Assembly (NCBI GenBank): GCA_964016885.1
Contig: OZ024742.1
Location: 164,300,001 to 164,364,000, forward strand
Direction of reading: 5' to 3'
DNA: 64,000 nucleotides
Origin: Eledone cirrhosa
Taxonomy: Eukaryota
In this document: positions 54,641 to 64,000 of the stretch, piece after piece
Layout: each line of letters starts with the position of its first letter
How positions within the stretch are numbered: position 1 is the first letter of the stretch
Translations under genes and position numbers: made by a program
The notes under the pieces: model-generated
The model's input: the letters and a program-made list of their open reading frames with translations, nothing else
What the model was told of the DNA's origin: nothing
The model's database searches: none

Positions 54641-55591
54641 TGATTTTTTTACAAATTATCTCCCCCTGATTTTTTTTTACAAATTATCTCCCCCTGATTT
54701 TTTTTACAAATTATCTCCCCCTGATATTTTTTACAAATTATCTCCCCCTGATTTTTTTACAAATTATCTCCCCTTGGCTGGCTGGAAATTATCTACCCTT
54801 GGAGGCTGGAATTTATCTCCCCTTGGACGGCTAGAAATTACCTCGCCTTGGACGGCTGGAAAATATGTCTCCTTGGACGGCTGGAAATTATCTCCCCTTG
54901 GACGGCTGGAAATTATCTCCCCTTGGACGGCTGGAAATTATCTCCCCTTGGACGGCTAGATATTACCTCCCCTTGGACGGCTGGAAATTATCTCCCCTTG
55001 ATTTTTTTTACAAATTATCTCCCCCTGATTTTTTTTTACAAATTATCTCCCCCTGATTTTTTTTTACGAAGTATCTCCCCCTGATTTTTTTTTACAAATT
55101 ATCTCCGCCTGATTTTTTTTTAAAAATTATCTCCCCTTGAACGGCTGGAAATTATCTCCCCTTGGACGGCTGGAAATTATCTCCCCTTGGACGGCTAGAA
55201 ATTACCTCTCCTTGGACGGCTGAAAATTATCTCCCATTGGACGGCTGCAAATTATCTCCCCTTGATTTTTTAACAAATTATCTCCCCCTGATTTTTTTTT
55301 ACAAATTATCTCCCCCTGATTTTTTTTTACAAATTATCTACGCCTAATTTTTTTTACAAATTATCTCCCCCTGATTTTTTTTTACAAATTATCTCCCCCT
55401 GATTTTTTTTACAAATTATCTCCCCCTGATTTTTTTTTACAAATTATTTCCCCCTGATTTTTTTACAAATTATCTCCCCCCTGATTTTTTTTACAATCTC
55501 CGCCTGATTTTTTTAAAAATTATCTTCCCTTGGCTGGCGGGAAATTATCTCCCCTTGGACGGCTGGAAATTATATCCCCTTGGAAGGATGG

Positions 55592-55905
55592 AAATTATCT
55601 CCCCTTGGACGGCTGGAAATTATCTCCCCTTGGACGGCTGGAAATTATCTCCCCTTGGACAGCTGGAAATTATCTGCCCTTGATTTTGTTTTTACAAATT
55701 ATCTCCCCCTGATTTTTTTTACAAATTATCTCCACCTGATTTTTTAAAAAATTATCTCCCCTTGGACGGCTGGAAATTATCTCCCCTTGGACGGCTGGAA
55801 ATTATCTCCCCTTGGACAGCTGGAAATTATCTGCCCTTGATTTTGTTTTTACAAATTATCTCCCCCTGATTTTTTTTACAAATTATCTCCACCTGATTTT
55901 TTAAA
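55592..55905 (+). repeat. Local 157-bp tandem duplication (3 A plus 3 B monomers)
   Basis: GGACAGCTGGAAATTATCTGCCCTTGATTTTGTTTTTAC starts at both 55657 and 55814. Confidence 0.92.
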
Positions 55906-58900
55906 AGATTATCTCCCCTTGGACGGCTGGAAATTATCTCCCCTTGATTTTTTTTACAAATTATCTCCCCCTGATTTTTTTTTACAAATTATCTCCCCCT
56001 GATTTTTTTTTACAAATTATCTCCCCCTGATTTTTTTTTACAAATTATCTCACCCTGATTTTTTTTACAAATTATCTCTCCCTGATTTTTTTACAAATTA
56101 TCTCCCCTTGGCTGGCTGGAAATTATCTCCCCTTGGAGGCTGGAATTTATCTCCCCTTGGACGGCTAGAAATTACCTCTCCTTGGACGGCTGGAAAATAT
56201 GTCTCCTTGGACGGCTGGATATTATCTACCCTTGGACGGCTGGAAATTATCTCCCCTTGGACGGCTGGAAATTATCTCCTCTTGGACGGCTAGATATTAC
56301 CTCCCCTTGGACGGCTGGAAATTATCTCCCCTTGATTTTTTTACAAATTATCTCCCCCTGATTTTTTTACAAATTATCTCCCCCTGATTTTTTTTACAAA
56401 TTATCTCCGCCTAATTTTTTTAAATATTATCTTCCCTTGGCTGGCGGGAAATTATCTCCCCTTGGACGGCTGAAAATTATCTCCCCTTGGACGGCTGGAA
56501 ATTATCTCCCCTTGATTTTTTTTACAAATTATCTCCCCCTGATTTTTTTTTACAAATTATCTCCCCCTGATTTTTTTTACAAATTATCTCCCTCTGATTT
56601 TTTTTACAAATTATCTCCCCTTGGCTGGCTGGAAATTATCTCCCCTTGGAGGCTGGAATTTATCTCCCCTTGGACGGTTAGAAATTACCTCTCCTTGGAC
56701 TGCTGGAAAATATGTCTCCTTGGACGGCTGGAAATTATCTCCCCTTGGACGGCTGGAAATTATCTCCCCTTGGACGGCTGGAAATTATCTCTCCTCGGAC
56801 GACTAGAAATTACCTCTCCTTGGACAGCTGAAAATTATCTCCCCTTGGACGGCTGGAAATTATCTCCCCTTGATTTTTTTACAAATTATCTCCCCCTGAT
56901 TTTTTTTTACAAATTATCTCCCCCTGATTTTTTTTACAAATTATCTCCCCTTGATATTTTTTACAAATTATCTCCCCCTGATTTTTTTACAAATTATCTC
57001 CCCTTGGCTGGCTGGAAATTATCTACCCTTGGAGGCTGGAATTTATCTCCCCTTGGACGGCTAGAAATTACCTCGCCTTGGACGGCTGGAAAATATGTCT
57101 CCTTGGACGGCTGGAAATTATCTCCCCTTGGACGGCTGGAAATTATCTCCCCTTGGACGGCTGGAAATTATCTCCCCTTGGACGGCTAGATATTACCTCC
57201 CCTTGGACGGCTGGAAATTATCTCCCCTTGATTTTTTTTACAAATTATCTCCCCCTGATTTTTTTTTACAAATTATCTCCCCCTGATTTTTTTTTACGAA
57301 GTATCTCCCCCTGATTTTTTTTTACAAATTATCTCCGCCTGATTTTTTTTAAAAAATTATCTCCCCTTGAACGGCTGGAAATTATCTCCCCTTGGACGGC
57401 TGGAAATTATCTCCCCTTGGACGGCTAGAAATTACCTCTCCTTGGACGGCTGAAAATTATCTCCCATTGGACGGCTGCAAATTATCTCCCCTTGATTTTT
57501 TAACAAATTATCTCCCCCTGATTTTTTTTTACAAATTATCTCCCCCTGATTTTTTTTTACAAATTATCTACGCCTAATTTTTTTTACAAATTATCTCCCC
57601 CTGATTTTTTTTTACAAATTATCTCCCCCTGATTTTTTTTACAAATTATCTCCCCCTGATTTTTTTTTACAAATTATTTCCCCCTGATTTTTTTACAAAT
57701 TATCTCCCCCCTGATTTTTTTTACAATCTCCGCCTGATTTTTTTAAAAATTATCTTCCCTTGGCTGGCGGGAAATTATCTCCCCTTGGACGGCTGGAAAT
57801 TATATCCCCTTGGAAGGATGGAAATTATCTCCCCTTGGACGGCTGGAAATTATCTCCCCTTGGACGGCTGGAAATTATCTCCCCTTGGACAGCTGGAAAT
57901 TATCTGCCCTTGATTTTGTTTTTACAAATTATCTCCCCCTGATTTTTTTTACAAATTATCTCCACCTGATTTTTTAAAAAATTATCTCCCCTTGGACGGC
58001 TGGAAATTATCTCCCCTTGATTTTTTTTACAAATTATCTCCCCCTGATTTTTTTTTACAAATTATCTCCCCCTGATTTTTTTTTACAAATTATCTCCCCC
58101 TGATTTTTTTTTACAAATTATCTCACCCTGATTTTTTTTACAAATTATCTCTCCCTGATTTTTTTACAAATTATCTCCCCTTGGCTGGCTGGAAATTATC
58201 TCCCCTTGGAGGCTGGAATTTATCTCCCCTTGGACGGCTAGAAATTACCTCTCCTTGGACGGCTGGAAAATATGTCTCCTTGGACGGCTGGATATTATCT
58301 ACCCTTGGACGGCTGGAAATTATCTCCCCTTGGACGGCTGGAAATTATCTCCTCTTGGACGGCTAGATATTACCTCCCCTTGGACGGCTGGAAATTATCT
58401 CCCCTTGATTTTTTTACAAATTATCTCCCCCTGATTTTTTTACAAATTATCTCCCCCTGATTTTTTTTACAAATTATCTCCGCCTAATTTTTTTAAATAT
58501 TATCTTCCCTTGGCTGGCGGGAAATTATCTCCCCTTGGAAGGCTGAAAATTATCTCCCCTTGGACGGCTGGAAATTATCTCCCCTTGATTTTTTTTACAA
58601 ATTATCTCCCCCTGATTTTTTTTTACAAATTATCTCCCCCTGATTTTTTTTACAAATTATCTCCCCCTGATTTTTTTACAAATTATCTCCCCTTGGCTGG
58701 CTGGAAATTATCTCCCCTTGGAGGCTGGAATTTATCTCCCCTTGGACGGCTAGAAATTACCTCTCCTTGGAAGGCTGGAAAATATGTCCTTGGACGGCTG
58801 GATATTATCTACCCTTGGACGGCTGGAAATTATCTCCCCTTGGACGGCTGGAAATTATCTCCCCTTGGACGGCTAGATATTACCTCCCCTTGGACGGCTG

Positions 58901-59239
58901 GAAATTATCTCCACTTGATTTTTTTTACAAATTATCTCCCCCTGATTTTTTTTTACAAATTATCTCCCCCTGATTTTTTTTTACAAATTATCTCCCCCTG
59001 ATTTTTTTTTACAAATTATCTACCCCTGATTTTTTTTTACAAATTATCTCCCCCTGATTTTTTTTACAAATTATCTCCCCCTGATTTTTTTTTACAAATT
59101 ATCTCCCCCTGATTTTTTTTTACAAATTATCTACCCCTGATTTTTTTTACAAATTATCTCCCCCTGATTTTTTTTACAAATTATCTCCCCCTGATTTTGT
59201 TTACAAATTATCTCCCCCTGATTTTTTTACAAATTATCT

Positions 59240-62200
59240 CCCCCTCATTTTTTTTACAAATTATCTCCGCCTAATTTTTTTAAATATTATCTTCCCTTGG
59301 CTGGCGGGAAATTATCTCCCCTTGGACGGCTGAAAATTATCTCCCCTTGGACGGCTGGAAATTATCTCCCCTTGATTTTTTTTACAAATTATCTCCCCCT
59401 GATTATTTTTTACAAATTATCCCCTGATTTTTTTTTTACAAATTATCTCCCCCTGATTTTTTTTACAAATTATCTCCCCCTGATTTTTTTACAAATTATC
59501 TCCCCTTGGCTGGCTGGAAATTATCTCCCATTGGAGGCTGGAATTTATCTCCCCTTGGACGGTTAGAAATTACCTCCCCTTGGACGGCTGGAAAATATGT
59601 CTCCTTGGACGGCTGGAAATTATCGCCCCTTGGACGGCTGGAAATTATCTCCCCTTGGACGGCTGGAAATTATCTCTCATCGGACGGCTAGAAATTACCT
59701 CTCCTTGGACAGCTGAAAATTATCTCCCCTTGGACGGCTGGAAATTATCTCCCCTTGATTTTTTTTACAAATTATCTCCCCCTGATTTTTTTTTACAAAT
59801 TATCTCCCCCTGATTTTTTTTTACAAATTATCTCCCCCTGATTTTTTTTTACAAATTATCTCCCCCTGATATTTTTTACAAATTATCTCCCCCTGATTTT
59901 TTTACAAATTATCTCCCCTTGGCTGGCTGGAAATTATCTCCCCTTGGAGGCTGGAATTTATCTCCCCTTGGACGGCTAGAAATTACCTCGCCTTGGACGG
60001 CTGGAAAATATGTCTCCTTGGACGGCTGGAAATTATCTCCCCTTGGACGGCTGGAAATTATCTCCCCTTGGACGGCTGGAAATTATCTCCCCTTGGACGG
60101 CTAGATATTACCTCCCCTTGGACGGCTGGAAATTATCTCCCCTTGATTTTTTTTACAAATTATCTCCCCCTGATTTTTTTTTACAAATTATCTCCCCCTG
60201 ATTTTTTTTTACGAATTATCTCCCCCCGATTTTTTTTTACAAATTATCTCCGCCTGATTTTTTTTTAAAAATTATCTCCCCTTGAACGGCTGGAAATTAT
60301 CTCCCCTTGGACGGCTGGAAATTATCTCCCCTTGGACGGCTAGAAATTACCTCTCCTTGGACGGCTGAAAATTATCTCCCCTTGGACGGCTGCAAATTAT
60401 CTCCCCTTGATTTTTTAACAAATTATCTCCCCCTGATTTTTTTTTACAAATTATCTCCCCCTGATTTTTTTTTACAAATTATCTCCCCCTGATTTTTTTT
60501 TACAAATTATCTCCCCCTGATTTTTTTACAAATTATCTCCCCCTGATTTTTTTTACAATCTCCGCCTGATTTTTTAAAAAATTATCTTCCCTTGGCTGGC
60601 GGGAAATTATCTCCCCTTGGACGGCTGGAAATTATCTCCCCTTGGACGGCTGGAAATTATCTCCCCTTGGACAGCTGGAAATTATCTGCCCTTGATTTTG
60701 TTTTTACAAATTATCTCCCCCTGATTTTTTTTACAAATTATCTCCACCTGATTTTTTAAAAAATTATCTCCCCTTGGACGGCTGGAAATTATCTCCCCTT
60801 GATTTTTTTACAAATTATCTCCCCCTGATTTTATGTTACAAATTATCTCCCCCTGATTTTTTTTACAAATTATCTCCCCCTGATTTTTTTTACAAATTAT
60901 CTCCGCCTGATTTTTTTAAATATTATCTTCCCTTGGCTGGCGGGAAATTATCTCCCCTTGGACGGCTGGAAATTATCTCCCCTTGATTTTTTTTACAAAT
61001 TATCTCCCCCTGATTTTTTTTTACAAATTATCTCCCCCTGATTTTTTTTTACAAATTATCTCCCCCTGATTTTTTTTTACAAATTATCTCCCCCTGATTT
61101 TTTTTACAAATTATCTCCGCCTAATTTTTTTAAATATTATCTTCCCTTGGCTGGCGGGAAATTATCTCCCCTTGGACGGCTGAAAATTATCTCCCCTTGG
61201 ACGGCTGGAAATTATCTCCCCTTGATTTTTTTTACAAATTATCTCCCCCTGATTATTTTTTACAAATTATCCCCTGATTTTTTTTTTACAAATTATCTCC
61301 CCCTGATTTTTTTTACAAATTATCTCCCCCTGATTTTTTTACAAATTATCTCCCCTTGGCTGGCTGGAAATTATCTCCCATTGGAGGCTGGAATTTATCT
61401 CCCCTTGGACGGTTAGAAATTACCTCCCCTTGGACGGCTGGAAAATATGTCTCCTTGGACGGCTGGAAATTATCGCCCCTTGGACGGCTGGAAATTATCT
61501 CCCCTTGGACGGCTGGAAATTATCTCTCATCGGACGGCTAGAAATTACCTCTCCTTGGACAGCTGAAAATTATCTCCCCTTGGACGGCTGGAAATTATCT
61601 CCCCTTGATTTTTTTTACAAATTATCTCCCCCTGATTTTTTTTTACAAATTATCTCCCCCTGATTTTTTTTTACAAATTATCTCCCCCTGATTTTTTTTT
61701 ACAAATTATCTCCCCCTGATATTTTTTACAAATTATCTCCCCCTGATTTTTTTACAAATTATCTCCCCTTGGCTGGCTGGAAATTATCTCCCCTTGGAGG
61801 CTGGAATTTATCTCCCCTTGGACGGCTAGAAATTACCTCGCCTTGGACGGCTGGAAAATATGTCTCCTTGGACGGCTGGAAATTATCTCCCCTTGGACGG
61901 CTGGAAATTATCTCCCCTTGGACGGCTGGAAATTATCTCCCCTTGGACGGCTAGATATTACCTCCCCTTGGACGGCTGGAAATTATCTCCCCTTGATTTT
62001 TTTTACAAATTATCTCCCCCTGATTTTTTTTTACAAATTATCTCCCCCTGATTTTTTTTTACGAATTATCTCCCCCCGATTTTTTTTTACAAATTATCTC
62101 CGCCTATTTTTTTTTAAAAATTATCTCCCCTTGAACGGCTGGAAATTATCTCCCCTTGGACGGCTGGAAATTATCTCCCCTTGGACGGCTAGAAATTACC

Positions 62201-62940
62201 TCTCCTTGGACGGCTGAAAATTATCTCCCCTTGGACGGCTGCAAATTATCTCCCCTTGATTTTTTAACAAATTATCTCCCCCTGATTTTTTTTTACAAAT
62301 TATCTCCCCCTGATTTTTTTTTACAAATTATCTCCCCCTGATTTTTTTTTACAAATTATCTCCCCCTGATTTTTTTACAAATTATCTCCCCCTGATTTTT
62401 TTTACAATCTCCGCCTGATTTTTTAAAAAATTATCTTCCCTTGGCTGGCGGGAAATTATCTCCCCTTGGACGGCTGGAAATTATCTCCCCTTGGACGGCT
62501 GGAAATTATCTCCCCTTGGACAGCTGGAAATTATCTGCCCTTGATTTTGTTTTTACAAATTATCTCCCCCTGATTTTTTTTACAAATTATCTCCACCTGA
62601 TTTTTTAAAAAATTATCTCCCCTTGGACGGCTGGAAATTATCTCCCCTTGATTTTTTTACAAATTATCTCCCCCTGATTTTATGTTACAAATTATCTCCC
62701 CCTGATTTTTTTTACAAATTATCTCCCCCTGATTTTTTTTACAAATTATCTCCGCCTGATTTTTTTAAATATTATCTTCCCTTGGCTGGCGGGAAATTAT
62801 CTCCCCTTGGACGGCTGGAAATTATCTCCCCTTGATTTTTTTTACAAATTATCTCCCCCTGATTTTTTTTTACAAATTATCTCCCCCTGATTTTTTTTTA
62901 CAAATTATCTCCCCCTGATTTTTTTTTACAAATTATCTCC
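59240..62940 (+). repeat. 1,850/1,849-bp tandem duplication
   Basis: 59297/61147 and 59919/61769 differ by 1,850. 60307/62156 and 60774/62623 differ by 1,849. Confidence 0.93.
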
Positions 62941-64000
62941 CCCTGATTTTTTTTTACAAATCTCCCCCTGATTTTTTTATAAATTATCTCCCCTTGGCTG
63001 GCTGGAAATTATCTCCCCTTGGAGGCTGGAATTTATCTCCCCTTGGACGGCTAGAAATTACCTCTCCTTGGATGGCTGGAAAATATGTCTCCTTGGACGG
63101 CTGGATATTATCTACCCTTGGACGGCTGGAAATTATCTCCCCTTGGACGGCTGGAAATTATCTCCCCTTGGACGGCTAGATATTACCTCCCATTGGACGG
63201 CTGGAAATTATCTCCCCTTGATTTTTTTTACAAATTATCTCCCCCTGATTTTTTTTTACGAATTATCTCCCCCTGATTTTTTTTTACAAATTATCTCCGC
63301 CTGATTTTTTTTTTTAAATTATCTCCCCTTGAACGGCTGGAAATTATCTCCCCTTGGACGGCTGGAAATTATCTCCCCTTGGACGGCTAGAAATTACCTC
63401 TCCTTGGACGGCTGAAAATTATCTCCCCTTGGACGGCTGCAAATTATCTCCCCTTGATTTTTTTAACAAATTATCTCCCCCTGATTTTTTTTTACAAATT
63501 ATCTCCCCCTGATTTTTTTTTTACAAATTATCTACGCCTAATTTTTTTTACAAATTATCTCCCCCTGATTTTTTTTTACAAATTATCTCCCCCTGATTTT
63601 TTTTACAAATTATCTCCCCCTGATTTTTTTTACAAATTATCTCCCCCTGATTTTTTTACAAATTATCTCCCCCCTGATTTTTTTTACAATCTCCGCCTGA
63701 TTTTTTTAAAAATTATCTTCCCTTGGCTGGCGGGAAATTATCTCCCCTTGGACGGCTGGAAATTATATCCCCTTGGAAGGATGGAAATTATCTCCCCTTG
63801 GACGGCTGGAAATTATCTCCCCTTGGACGGCTGGAAATTACCTCCCCTTGGACAGCTGGAAATTATCTGCCCTTGATTTTGTTTTTACAAATTATCTCCC
63901 CCTGATTTTTTTTACAAATTATCTCCACCTGATTTTTTAAAAAATTATCTCCCCTTGGACGGCTGAAAATTATCTCCCCTTGATTTTTTTACAAATTATC

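Larger units (their letters stand above)
1..64000 (+). repeat. Composite two-monomer tandem satellite array (25-bp type A plus 26-28-bp type B, shared core AAATTATCTCCCC) that runs off both window ends
   Basis: Every line parses into AAATTATCTCCCCTTGGACGGCTGG or AAATTATCTCCCCCTGA(T)nAC or point/short-indel variants of them. I saw no inverted monomers and no unique DNA. Confidence 0.99.
54320..64000 (+). repeat. 7.9-kb higher-order repeat copy IV, expanded by internal 157-bp and 1,850-bp duplications
   Basis: 35342/56108 differ by 20,766 and 40377/62994 by 22,617. 54391/56621 differ by 2,230 (2,073+157). Confidence 0.9.

Noticed and set aside
39-63905. About 250 + strand ORFs (60-250 aa) with repeats LDGWKLSPLGRLEIISPWTAGNYLP and FFYKLSPPD/FFTNYLPLI
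   Set aside because: Monomer A has no stop codon in any + frame and a 25-bp period cycles through the frames, so the same peptide appears in all three. Most starts are TTG from the repeat, T-tract length changes shift frame freely, and the ORFs overlap each other. The minus strand is closed by TAA in GATAAT. There is no sign of coding constraint.
1-64000. CRISPR-like repeat/spacer array (constant core plus variable tail)
   Set aside because: The tails are only 12-15 bp, fall into two classes and are not unique. The core is far shorter than a CRISPR repeat, and there is no leader or cas gene.
1-64000. Canonical G-quadruplex or i-motif array
   Set aside because: The G4-5 runs on the minus strand are separated by more than 20 nt, far beyond typical stable loops, and the + strand has only GG doublets. 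It cannot be supported without experiments.
1-64000. Transposon, LTR or MITE explaining the multi-kb direct repeats
   Set aside because: The duplicated segments consist only of satellite monomers, with no terminal inverted repeats, target-site duplications, primer-binding site or transposase/RT coding sequence.
1-64000. Sequencing adapter concatemer or purely synthetic artefact
   Set aside because: The monomers match no adapter I recognise, and the nested, heritable variant patterns and degenerate island indicate an evolved array. Individual near-identical duplications still need read validation.

Overview
The whole 64 kb window is one uninterrupted tandem satellite array in a single orientation, about 2,400-2,500 monomers by length. 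I see no genes, RNA genes, transposons or unique sequence. Two monomer types share a 13-bp core AAATTATCTCCCC. Type A is AAATTATCTCCCCTTGGACGGCTGG (25 bp, 52% GC, one CpG). Type B is AAATTATCTCCCCCTGA-T(7-9, rarely 10)-AC (26-28 bp, about 30% GC). A and B alternate in blocks: A blocks of 1-12 units drawn from a few stereotyped, ordered variant cassettes, and B blocks of 1-14 units. These blocks build nested higher-order repeats, read from exact offsets between identical ORF-track translations: 2,073 bp, about 7.8-7.9 kb, 4,458 bp, 4,074/3,941 bp and 1,850 bp, plus long-range copies at 9,485, 13,174, 17,632 and 25,447 bp. All listed ORFs are translation artefacts of the stop-free + strand of monomer A. 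The architecture most resembles eukaryotic centromeric, pericentromeric or subtelomeric satellite with higher-order repeats, but the organism and function cannot be determined from this window. Higher-order repeat boundaries are approximate to within one or two monomers.
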